Shown here: positions 35,156 through 44,138 of the stretch, one piece after another
Layout: the number at the start of each line of letters is the position of its first letter
How positions within the stretch are numbered: the first letter of the stretch is position 1
Assembly (NCBI GenBank): GCA_013203185.1
Contig: JABMOS010000145.1
Coordinates: 8,294-72,293, forward strand
Direction of reading: 5' to 3'
Origin: Fidelibacterota bacterium
GTDB lineage: Bacteria; Fidelibacterota; UBA8477; JABMPR01
Length of the DNA stretch: 64,000 nt
Made by a program: the position numbers and the translations under genes
The notes under the pieces: generated by a model
Database searches by the model: none
What the model saw: only the letters and a program-made list of their open reading frames with translations
What the model was told of the DNA's origin: nothing

Positions 35156-37144
35156 TTATCTCACCAGGAGTAGTTTTGTAAATGCTGTGTGGGACTCAGT
35201 TTCGAGTCTACATAGGTATACGCCTGCCTCAACTGGATGACCCTCTCGGTTCTCGCTGTTCCAGGTAACCACGTAACGACCACTGCTTTGAGAGCTGTTC
35301 AGTAATTGAATCACCTCTCGACCCTGTAGATCAAAAATACTCATTTTAACCGAGGTTTGCCCATCCAGGCTATAGGGTATACTGGTAGATGGATTGAATG
35401 GGTTGGGGAAATTATCCCCTAAGTCAAAGACCAGGGGAATTGCCAGTTGATCCTCGGCCAGCCCCACCACATAGTCTGTGGTTTTCAGAATCCAATTGTC
35501 TGGATCCATGACCAGATTGGTGACGATCTCACCCGTTGGAATCTGCAGATGAAAAGTCATGAATTGCTCGTTAATTCGCAGAATAGTATCAATTACTGAA
35601 GCATTCGTAGTGATCTGAAAATCTACTGGCATATCAAAAGTAATTCCCGTTTGGATAGTCTGAACCAATAAATCATCCCCAGTTTGAGCTCGGTAGGCAC
35701 GATAATTAGGATATGCAGATCCATAAATCCATTGCTGAAAGAATGGATCTAGATCTAGACCACTGACCTCTTCACAAACCATCTGGAAATCTTCCGTCGT
35801 TGCGGTTCCGTACTTGAATTGTGGATCATTGGAATAGGTTTGAAGTATTTCAAAAAAGGTATCATCGCCGACTATGTGCCTAAGCATATGTACTACCCAT
35901 GCTCCCTTATTATAGGTATGCCACCAATCAAATATATTTTCTGTTTCTGTATCCTCCACATAAACAGATCCGTATTGTCGGCTAAGATTTTTAAACGTTT
36001 CCATTTTCTCTATATATCCAGTGGGACCATACCTTTCTTCCCACCATAGTGCCTCAGCATAGCGGGCGAAGCCTTCATTCAGCCAGATATGGTTATAGGT
36101 ATCACAGGTGATCATATCACCATACCACATATGTGCCAGTTCATGACAGACTCTGCGTTCCGTGGGATCTCCCATAGATGTCAGGGTTTGATGCTCCATT
36201 CCAGTACTCGTCCCCCATTCGGCGTGACCATATTTTTCATCCATGAAGGGGTAGGGTCCGAATTGATCCTCGTACAGGGCAAGCATCTCTGGGAGCAGAT
36301 TATAATTCTCCGTCATGTAAGACGGATTCGGGTTGTCGGGATGACTATATGTATAAAAAAGAAGGGGCAAGGTATCGTTATTGGCATCTACATAGATATT
36401 GCCCCACTCATAAAACTCGTAAATCGAAAGTGATACGAGATAGCTGGCGATGGGATGACCCACATGCCAATGCCAGGTTTTAGTGCCATCTCCATTGTCG
36501 GTATCGGAAACCAGGCGTCCATTAGACGCCACTACCATATAATCATCTATGGTCACCACAATATCCGCTGAATCTGCCTTATCACGGGGATAGTCCACTG
36601 ATGGCCACCATTCTCTGGCATTATATGGTTGAGAGTAAGTCCAGATTGCCCGCTGGCTAAATTCATAATCCCAATTGAAACCAGAATCGTCCTGATTACT
36701 TGCTGGACCTGATTCCGAATATATTGCTACTGACATCTGTTGGCCCATAACGGGTGTCTCATTTAGTGGTATGGACAATATGTCATTGAGGTGTGAAAAG
36801 GCCAAAGAATCTCCGTCCAGATACACCGCGGTAACCGTTGTATTACCGACACCCGGACTGTTAGTAGAATAATCCAATTCAATTGTCTCCAGGCTGGTGT
36901 CAACCACAACAAGGTGAAGTAGAAATTCAGAGACCATGGAGGTCGTTGCGATATCCATATCAAAATTTAATCCATAATAAGTGATATCGATTTTCTGCTG
37001 TTCGGAGGTGGGTTGCATGTCTCTAAGAAACTGATCTTGATGGGCATATCCGCAGGGCTTTTCTTCGTCTATAAATGACATTCCGCTGATTGAAACAATC
37101 AATCCCAATATGGCTGATATCTTCTTTAAGCGCTTCTGATTCAT
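35156..37144 (-). CDS. Secreted M1-family zinc metallopeptidase with C-terminal T9SS-type sorting domain
   Basis: Signal peptide. HELAHMWYGD (HExxH) plus WLNEGFA (third ligand Glu). The C-terminal NFPNPFNPSTSIPY...GVYLCRLE...KLLLVR resembles a Por/T9SS C-terminal domain. Confidence 0.85.
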   Translation of the reverse strand: MNQKRLKKISAILGLIVSISGMSFIDEEKPCGYAHQDQFLRDMQPTSEQQKIDITYYGLNFDMDIATTSMVSEFLLHLVVVDTSLETIELDYSTNSPGVGNTTVTAVYLDGDSLAFSHLNDILSIPLNETPVMGQQMSVAIYSESGPASNQDDSGFNWDYEFSQRAIWTYSQPYNAREWWPSVDYPRDKADSADIVVTIDDYMVVASNGRLVSDTDNGDGTKTWHWHVGHPIASYLVSLSIYEFYEWGNIYVDANNDTLPLLFYTYSHPDNPNPSYMTENYNLLPEMLALYEDQFGPYPFMDEKYGHAEWGTSTGMEHQTLTSMGDPTERRVCHELAHMWYGDMITCDTYNHIWLNEGFARYAEALWWEERYGPTGYIEKMETFKNLSRQYGSVYVEDTETENIFDWWHTYNKGAWVVHMLRHIVGDDTFFEILQTYSNDPQFKYGTATTEDFQMVCEEVSGLDLDPFFQQWIYGSAYPNYRAYRAQTGDDLLVQTIQTGITFDMPVDFQITTNASVIDTILRINEQFMTFHLQIPTGEIVTNLVMDPDNWILKTTDYVVGLAEDQLAIPLVFDLGDNFPNPFNPSTSIPYSLDGQTSVKMSIFDLQGREVIQLLNSSQSSGRYVVTWNSENREGHPVEAGVYLCRLETESHTAFTKLLLVR

Positions 37145-37145
37145 T

Positions 37146-37856
37146 TTAAATCTCCCCCTTTAAGTAGGCCTGACGTTTTTCCTCAGGAAATTTTTCGATG
37201 GCGTATCTTAGCATCGTTCGTGGCATGACTTGGTAGTATTTTTTTAAAAATTCTTCTTCAGTGGGTCTACTCTTGTTTCCTACTTCCCGTAACATCCAGC
37301 CCACAGCCTTATGGATGAGGTCCTCCTGATCATGGAGCAGTAATGCTGAAAGCTTGAGTGTATCCCGAAACTCGTATTGGCGAATAAAATAGTAGCTCGC
37401 AATAATAGCTACACGACGTTCCCAAAGGATTTCAGATTTCGCTAAGGTCTCTAGATGAGACCGCTCTTTATCAAAAAGGTAGTGGCCAACAATTTGAAGC
37501 GCTGAGCTATCTACCAGGTCCCAGTTGTTAATGAATGGAATATTTTCGAGGTAATCCTCGTAGATTTGTTTTTTGCCTGAGGCGTCAGCATGGTTATATA
37601 GATTTACCAGAAGAAACAGTGCTGTGAGTCTGGCCTCGTGATACTTGGAATGGAGTATTTCAAGAGCATCCTGTCTACTGGCTTGTTTATATCTTTTTGC
37701 CAGTGCTCGTAAGCGAGGCACCCTAATACCAAGGAAGATGTCTCCCTCCCCATATTCACCCTTTCCGGTTTTGAAAAACCGTTGGGAATGGCTAGCTCGC
37801 TCAGGATCACCCACTTCAAATAATTCATTGAGAATTTGATCTGAAAGTTTAGACAT
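37146..37856 (-). CDS. DNA alkylation repair protein (AlkD-like HEAT-repeat family)
   Basis: 236 aa. RFFKTGKGEYGEGDIFLGIRVP and NNWDLVD motifs typical of this family. Confidence 0.8.
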   Translation of the reverse strand: MSKLSDQILNELFEVGDPERASHSQRFFKTGKGEYGEGDIFLGIRVPRLRALAKRYKQASRQDALEILHSKYHEARLTALFLLVNLYNHADASGKKQIYEDYLENIPFINNWDLVDSSALQIVGHYLFDKERSHLETLAKSEILWERRVAIIASYYFIRQYEFRDTLKLSALLLHDQEDLIHKAVGWMLREVGNKSRPTEEEFLKKYYQVMPRTMLRYAIEKFPEEKRQAYLKGEI

Positions 37857-37897
37857 GGTCGATAAGAATCCTCAGTTGATAGATCAACTTATGCTCT

Positions 37898-38563
37898 TTA
37901 TAAACTTGGCCAATTGTGGCGTTTCGCGATCTGGGCTAATCCTTTGGTGGGGTTAACAATAACAGGGTAACCCACATGTTTTAATATGGGTATATCATTC
38001 TCTGAATTACCATAGGCATAGGATTGGGAAAAATCAATGCCATGATGTTTCGCCAGATCATTTGCATACGTCACTTTCGCTTCTCCAACACATACTTGCC
38101 CCTTTGGTCTCCCTGTAAGTATGCCATGCTCATCCACTTCCAGATAAGTACATAACAAATGGTCTATTTTGAGCGCGTCCATCACCGGTTTGAGATAGTA
38201 ATCAATGGAGCCAGTCACCAGCACCGTTTGATGTCCCTGCTCCTGGTGCCAACTCAATTTCTGCAATACTTCTGGGGATAAATTGGGCGCAAGATGCTCG
38301 TCATAAAAAGGTTGGGCTGAGTCCACAAAGAGTTGAAACTCGCGACCCTTGTAAAAGCTCAGAAATGTTCGCGCCATATATTGCTCATCAACGAGCCCCA
38401 GCCTTTTGAGGAATACACCGAATAGCAATTTCAGGATGAATGTCTTTGAGAGATAGCCTTGATCCTTAAGAACCTTGAATCCTATAGTAGCACTGTCCAC
38501 AGCCAGAAGGGTTTCATCAAAATCGAAAAAGGCAGCAACCGGTGAATGGTGGTTCTGGTTCAT
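37898..38563 (-). CDS. HAD-IB family hydrolase
   Basis: Start moved to ATG 38563 (MNQNHH...). AFFDFDETL (DxDxT) motif, VTGS, and GNSENDIP. Confidence 0.7.
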   Translation of the reverse strand: MNQNHHSPVAAFFDFDETLLAVDSATIGFKVLKDQGYLSKTFILKLLFGVFLKRLGLVDEQYMARTFLSFYKGREFQLFVDSAQPFYDEHLAPNLSPEVLQKLSWHQEQGHQTVLVTGSIDYYLKPVMDALKIDHLLCTYLEVDEHGILTGRPKGQVCVGEAKVTYANDLAKHHGIDFSQSYAYGNSENDIPILKHVGYPVIVNPTKGLAQIAKRHNWPSL

Positions 38564-38787
38564 AGCAGCTCTTTTACACATATATATTTTCGCTTCATAA
38601 ACTCATTCACCCCCATTTTCTCTGTGATAATTTTTATGATGCTTTTTAACAGAATATTCCTTCATATACAAGGAATTTAGAGCTCGCAGACGATCTTAAT
38701 TAGTTTGTAATCTTTACTAACTAATACTTGATCTAATTGACCATAAATATTATCCTATTGCCAACATTTGAACATTGAGGTTGAACT

Positions 38788-39774
38788 ATGAATATCATTG
38801 ATCGGTTCACAGCTGAAGCTCAGAAAAATCCTGCTCGCATTGTTTACCCTGAAGCGACCGATCCTCGGGTTTTAAAAGCTGTCGTACAGCTAAAGAATCT
38901 GAATATTGCACACCCCATTTTGATTGGGAATCCAGAACAAATCCAGACCCTTGCCAAAGAAGAAAATTGTAATCTTGACGGAATCGAAATCATTGACAGC
39001 AAGAAAGATTCACGCCTCGAAACCTACTCTCAGATTTATGCAGACAAACGAGAACTCCGAGAAGCCATCGCCCAAAAACTGGTTCGGAAACCCCTCTCCT
39101 TCGGAGGGATGATGGTGAATCAGGGCGCTGCTGATGGGATGGTAGCAGGTGTGGCCACAGCCACCAGTATTGTCATTCAAACCGCAACGCTTACCGTGGG
39201 CTTTCAAGAGGGACTCTCCACGCCAAGCAGTTTCTTTATCATGATTATTCCTGAATTTCAGGGAGAGCAGGATAAGATTTTTTTATTTGCAGACTCAGCA
39301 GTAAATATTCAGCCCAATGCCCAACAATTGGCTGAAATAGCTATCGCTTCTGGAATAAACGCCAAAGCGCTCCTGGGAATCGATCCAAAAATCGCCTTCC
39401 TTTCCTTTTCAACCAAAGGCTCAGCAGGACATGAGGATGCAGATAAAGTACTTGAGGCCCTTGCTATAGCTAAAAAGATCAACCCAGAGTTTGACCTGGA
39501 TGGTGAACTACAACTGGATGCAGCCATTATTCCTGGAGTGGCTGCAAAAAAGGTCAAGGAAAGCAGGGTCGCTGGCCAGGCCAATGTATTGGTATTTCCA
39601 GATCTTGATGCTGGTAATATTGGCTACAAACTTGTCCAATATATGGCCAATGCCAAAGCCATCGGGCCCATACTTCAAGGCTTTGCAAAACCTGTAAACG
39701 ATATGAGCCGCGGCGCCAGCGTTGAAGACCTCATTGCTGTTTCTGCCATCACGTCTGTCCAGGCCAGGGGATAG
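38788..39774 (+). CDS. pta: Phosphate acetyltransferase (short, PTA_PTB-only form)
   Basis: 328 aa. RIVYPEATDPRVLKA, MVNQGAADGMVAG, FADSAVN and SRGASVEDL blocks. Confidence 0.9.
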   Translation: MNIIDRFTAEAQKNPARIVYPEATDPRVLKAVVQLKNLNIAHPILIGNPEQIQTLAKEENCNLDGIEIIDSKKDSRLETYSQIYADKRELREAIAQKLVRKPLSFGGMMVNQGAADGMVAGVATATSIVIQTATLTVGFQEGLSTPSSFFIMIIPEFQGEQDKIFLFADSAVNIQPNAQQLAEIAIASGINAKALLGIDPKIAFLSFSTKGSAGHEDADKVLEALAIAKKINPEFDLDGELQLDAAIIPGVAAKKVKESRVAGQANVLVFPDLDAGNIGYKLVQYMANAKAIGPILQGFAKPVNDMSRGASVEDLIAVSAITSVQARG

Positions 39775-39780
39775 CGATTC

Positions 39781-40974
39781 ATGAAGGTTCTCGTCTTTAA
39801 CTGCGGTAGTTCTTCCATAAAATTCAAACTCTTTCATATGCCTGAAGAAAATGTATTGGCTGAAGGTCTGGTTGAGAGGGTAGGTTCTGAAGATGCTTTC
39901 GCTTCTTTGAAAACATCCCACGGAAAATTCGAGATCAATCAACCCATCGCCGACTATCCCACCGGTTTTTCAATTATTAAGGATATGCTACTCAACGCGG
40001 AAAGAGGTGCCATAAAGTCGCTCTCTGAGGTAAATGCTTGTGGTCACCGCGTGGTCCATGGTGGTGAAAAGTTTGGCGGTTCCATGCCCATTGATAATGA
40101 GCTGGAGACGGGTATTGAAGCCGTTTTTGACCTGGCCCCTCTCCACAACCCACCTAACCTGACAGGTATACAGCAAGCCCGTCTTATTTTTGGGGACATT
40201 CCCCAGGTCGCCTGTTTTGACACGGCTTTTCATCATTCCATACCAGAAGTGGCGTTTCGTTATGCCCTGCCTGAAAAGTTCTACACTGACTATCAGATTA
40301 GACGCTATGGATTTCATGGTATGTCTCATCAATTTGTAGCCCGACAGGCAGCAAGGATGATGGGCATGCATAAATATTCTGTAAACTTGATCACCTGCCA
40401 TCTTGGGAATGGATCTTCTATTGCAGCTATTAGAGATGGTCATTCTGTAGATACCAGCATGGGACTTACTCCCCTTGAGGGGCTTGTTATGGGGACCAGA
40501 AGTGGAGATTTGGATCCTGGAATTCTTTTCTATCTCAGTCGCAAAGGATATGACACTGACAGTCTTGATACGCTTCTAAATAAACAATCAGGTCTCCTGG
40601 GGATATCAGGAAGCTCCAATGATGTCCGTGATCTCGAGCTGAAAGCCGCAGGTGGTGATGAAAGTGCTGCACTGGCACTAGATATTTTCGCTTACCGCAT
40701 AAAAAAATATATCGGGTCCTACATGGCAGTATTGAACCGTGTAGATGCCATTGTATTTACTGGGGGAATTGGCGAGAATGGCTCTGCCATGCGCCATCGT
40801 ATCCTCTCAAATATGGATCAACAGGGTATCGTCATAGACGATACAAGAAACGAAATTTACACGGGTGTTCCAGGTGAAATCCAGGGAGTCACCTCCAGAA
40901 TAAAAGTGATGATCATCCCCACCAATGAGGAACTGGCCATTGCGAGAGACACTTATAAACTGACCAAAAATTGA
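39781..40974 (+). CDS. ackA: Acetate kinase
   Basis: MKVLVFNCGSSSIKF, GHRVVHGG, HLGNGSS and FTGGIGEN motifs. Confidence 0.95.
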   Translation: MKVLVFNCGSSSIKFKLFHMPEENVLAEGLVERVGSEDAFASLKTSHGKFEINQPIADYPTGFSIIKDMLLNAERGAIKSLSEVNACGHRVVHGGEKFGGSMPIDNELETGIEAVFDLAPLHNPPNLTGIQQARLIFGDIPQVACFDTAFHHSIPEVAFRYALPEKFYTDYQIRRYGFHGMSHQFVARQAARMMGMHKYSVNLITCHLGNGSSIAAIRDGHSVDTSMGLTPLEGLVMGTRSGDLDPGILFYLSRKGYDTDSLDTLLNKQSGLLGISGSSNDVRDLELKAAGGDESAALALDIFAYRIKKYIGSYMAVLNRVDAIVFTGGIGENGSAMRHRILSNMDQQGIVIDDTRNEIYTGVPGEIQGVTSRIKVMIIPTNEELAIARDTYKLTKN

Positions 40975-40998
40975 GACCCCTACTCAAGGAGAACTGTA

Positions 40999-41238
40999 AT
41001 GTCAACTTTAGACCGAATAAAAAATGTGGCTGCCGAACTATTAAAAGTTGACAGCTCGCGTGTCCAGGAATCCTCCCGTTTTGTGGAAGATCTTGGAGCC
41101 GATTCCATGCAATCCATCGAACTTGTTGCCGCTTTTGAAGAAGAGTTTGACATTGAAATGGATGAAGACGCTGCCCTCGGCGTAAAAACAGTAGGCGATG
41201 CTGTTGGATTTATTGACAAGGTTATGGCTGAAGGCTAG
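40999..41238 (+). CDS. Acyl carrier protein
   Basis: 79 aa. DLGADSMQSIELV contains the phosphopantetheine-attachment Ser (DSM in place of the common DSL). Confidence 0.85.
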   Translation: MSTLDRIKNVAAELLKVDSSRVQESSRFVEDLGADSMQSIELVAAFEEEFDIEMDEDAALGVKTVGDAVGFIDKVMAEG

Positions 41239-41257
41239 TCACTAGAGGAATCCATTT

Positions 41258-43231
41258 ATGAATCTAGAATCATATTTAGCCTTAACCCCGGAAGCTATTA
41301 AAATCCTGAAAGGGAATGGCTGTTGGTCAAGAAGCTGGTCAAAGGTAAAAGTAACCAAAGGCTTTGACCCCACACGAATCGCAGGAACTATTTTTCGCGG
41401 TGAGGTTCGAATTGGGAACCTGGAGGGCGAATTTGTACCCAGCGATGGTATCAAGCGCTATGCTGGGATATTTGATGCCAACCTCCACAATGTTGTCATT
41501 GGTGACAATTGCCACATTTCAAACGTCAATGGCTGGCTATCCAATCTGATTATTGAAGACAATGTACTCATGGAAAATGTTGGGTCCATTGTATGCCAGG
41601 GCGAAACCAGTTTTGGGAATGGTCACGCTATTGAAGTCCTTAATGAGGGCGGGGGTCGTGAACTTAAGATTACAGCAATGACAAGTGCTCAGACGGCCTA
41701 CCTCTCAACCATGTATCGCCACGATGATGCATTGATCAAAGCTCTAAATCAAATCGCTGATAATTATGCTGGGGGGGTTCGCTCCCATAGAGCTACTATT
41801 GGTGAGGGGGCAAAATTATTTCACTGCCAGAACATTGTAAACGTGAATATTGGACAAGGCGCCATTCTCAGAGGTATTCAAAATTTAAAGGAAGGCACCA
41901 TTGCCTCATCTCATGACGCGCCCACCTTTGTTGGTGATGGTGTTATTGCCAAAGATTTCATCATTCAAAAGGGTGCTCACGTGTCAGATGGAGCGCTGCT
42001 TTCCTCCACCTTAATCGGAGAAGCTTCCAAAATTGGGAAGCAGTTCTCTGCAGAAAACTCTGTCATGTTTTGTAACTCGGAGGGGTTTCATAGTGAAGTC
42101 TGCTCCATCTTCGGTGGGCCCTATACAGTAACCCATCATCGTTCAACACTCCTGATTGCAGGCATGTTTTCCTTCTTTAATGCTGGTAGCGGGACCAATC
42201 AATCAAATCATATGTACAAGTTGGGACCGCTGCATCAGGGGATTCTTGAACGTGGTAGTAAAACTGGTTCCTCTTCTTACCTCCTCTGGCCTTCACGAGT
42301 GGGGGCATTTTCAGCTATCATGGGCAAGCACTACGCCAATTTTGACAGCTCAGACTTCCCCTTCTCATATGTCAATGAGGATGGCGGTCAATCCACCTTA
42401 GTGCCAGGGATGAATTTCTTTACGGTAGGAACTATGCGGGATGGTTTGAAATGGCCGACCAGAGATAGACGCAAAAACTCCGACAAGCTGGATCAACTCA
42501 ATTTTGAAGTTCTATCACCTTATACCGGTCAAAAAATGATGAGGGGCCAATCCATCCTGTTGGAATTGTATTCCGGTGCAGAAAAGGGGCAAGAGTATGT
42601 CAGCCATCAGGGCATTCTTATTAAACGTCTGCTACTAAAAACCTGTAGTCGCTACTACCGGCTGGCACTGGAGAAATATTTGGGAGATGTCCTGGTTTCC
42701 AGGCTTGAGGGGAATCCGGCCATGGTATTAAAGGATTTGACCACGCCACCAGAAGGCGCAGAGGATGGTAACAGCACCTGGATTGATGTCTCCGGACTGT
42801 TATGTACACAGCCCAGACTTAATAACCTGCTTGAGCAGATTAAGGCTGGAGAAGTGACCACACAGCATGCCCTTCAAAGTGAACTGGAAATGATTCATGA
42901 CAGCTATGCGTTAGACGAATGGTCCTGGGTACAACAGGCCATACCAGAAGTCTACAGTTTTGAATCTATCACATCAGAAAATCTTATGACTGTCCTGGAA
43001 AAATGGAAGGTCTCCTCCAACAAACTACTCAACATGGTAGAGATGGATGCATCCAAGGAGTTTGAAGGGACTGTGAGAACCGGCTTTGGTATTGATGGAC
43101 ACCAGAGCGAAGATTTTGAAAAGGTTCGAGGGACATTCGAATCCAACTCTTTCAAGAAACAATTAGATGAGATGAGACAAGCGGTGGAAGGCAATTATGA
43201 CCGCAGTCTCAGCATCCTGAACAAATTATAA
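41258..43231 (+). CDS. Large left-handed-beta-helix-like protein of unknown function (resembles what I recall as the DUF4954 family; unverified)
   Basis: 657 aa. The N-terminal half has hexapeptide-like periodicity (IGDNCHISNVNGWLSNLIIEDNVLMENVGSIV...). The C-terminal third appears helical. No catalytic motif recognised. Confidence 0.5.
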   Translation: MNLESYLALTPEAIKILKGNGCWSRSWSKVKVTKGFDPTRIAGTIFRGEVRIGNLEGEFVPSDGIKRYAGIFDANLHNVVIGDNCHISNVNGWLSNLIIEDNVLMENVGSIVCQGETSFGNGHAIEVLNEGGGRELKITAMTSAQTAYLSTMYRHDDALIKALNQIADNYAGGVRSHRATIGEGAKLFHCQNIVNVNIGQGAILRGIQNLKEGTIASSHDAPTFVGDGVIAKDFIIQKGAHVSDGALLSSTLIGEASKIGKQFSAENSVMFCNSEGFHSEVCSIFGGPYTVTHHRSTLLIAGMFSFFNAGSGTNQSNHMYKLGPLHQGILERGSKTGSSSYLLWPSRVGAFSAIMGKHYANFDSSDFPFSYVNEDGGQSTLVPGMNFFTVGTMRDGLKWPTRDRRKNSDKLDQLNFEVLSPYTGQKMMRGQSILLELYSGAEKGQEYVSHQGILIKRLLLKTCSRYYRLALEKYLGDVLVSRLEGNPAMVLKDLTTPPEGAEDGNSTWIDVSGLLCTQPRLNNLLEQIKAGEVTTQHALQSELEMIHDSYALDEWSWVQQAIPEVYSFESITSENLMTVLEKWKVSSNKLLNMVEMDASKEFEGTVRTGFGIDGHQSEDFEKVRGTFESNSFKKQLDEMRQAVEGNYDRSLSILNKL

Positions 43232-43243
43232 ACGGGAGAACAC

Positions 43244-44050
43244 ATGAGACTTATTATTCAACCTGATTATGATCGATTGAGCAAATGGACAGCTCATTAT
43301 ATTGCCAAACGCATCAACGATTTTGCTCCAACCAAAGAGAAACCATTTGTTTTGGGACTTCCAACAGGGTCATCACCAGTGGGCACCTATAAGGAAGTGG
43401 TCAAATTGGTTCAAGAGGGCCATGTCTCCTTTGATAATGTCATTACCTTTAATATGGATGAATATGTCAACATCCGTGAAGGGCACCCTGAAAGCTATCA
43501 TTCATTCATGCGGCAAAACCTCTTCAATCACATTGGTATTCCTGAAGAGAACATCAACATTCTGGATGGAAATGCCAAGGATCTTGTCGCTGAATGTGAC
43601 GCCTTTGAGGCAAAGATTAAAGCCGTAGGAGGTATTCGCCTTTTCCTGGGGGGAATCGGACCAGACGGACACATTGCTTTTAATGAGCCCGGCTCCTCTC
43701 TTCATTCAAGGACACGGGTAAAAACCTTAACCTACGATACGCGAATTGCCAATTCCCGTTTCTTCGGGAATGATATTGAAGCGGTCCCCAAGCTCGCTTT
43801 GACTGTTGGAGTGGGCACCGTTACCGATTCTAAAGAGGTTGTTTTAATAGTCAATGGTCACTCGAAAGCCAGGGCGCTATACAAAATGATTGAAGAGGGT
43901 GTCAACCACATGTGGACGTCCTCAGCCCTTCAATTACATCCGAAATCCATGGTTGTATGTGACGAGGATGCTACCTATGAATTGAAACACGGGACGTATA
44001 GATACTTTAGAGATATTGAACAGAAAAATCTGGAACCATTTGCCGTCTAG
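43244..44050 (+). CDS. nagB: Glucosamine-6-phosphate deaminase
   Basis: 268 aa. [15 protein letters not shown] and [16 protein letters not shown] motifs. Confidence 0.95.
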   Translation: MRLIIQPDYDRLSKWTAHYIAKRINDFAPTKEKPFVLGLPTGSSPVGTYKEVVKLVQEGHVSFDNVITFNMDEYVNIREGHPESYHSFMRQNLFNHIGIPEENINILDGNAKDLVAECDAFEAKIKAVGGIRLFLGGIGPDGHIAFNEPGSSLHSRTRVKTLTYDTRIANSRFFGNDIEAVPKLALTVGVGTVTDSKEVVLIVNGHSKARALYKMIEEGVNHMWTSSALQLHPKSMVVCDEDATYELKHGTYRYFRDIEQKNLEPFAV

Positions 44051-44080
44051 TCAGCGGTATTGTGTACACCTACCTCCAAA

Positions 44081-44104
44081 GAAGCCCCTGAGATCAGGGG
44101 CTTC
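44081..44104. terminator. Bidirectional intrinsic-terminator-like hairpin between convergent nagB and the selenoprotein gene
   Basis: GAAGCCCCTG-AGAT-CAGGGGCTTC, a perfect 10-bp stem. Confidence 0.6.
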
Positions 44105-44138
44105 ATGGTGTATATACGATTCTTTCAGAAATGAAACT

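Noticed and set aside
29778-37856. A possible DNA-alkylation-repair island (tag, dinB, AlkD-like).
   Set aside because: The three genes are on different strands and are separated by unrelated housekeeping genes (ClC channel, TrmO, peptidase). There are no mobility genes or boundary repeats.
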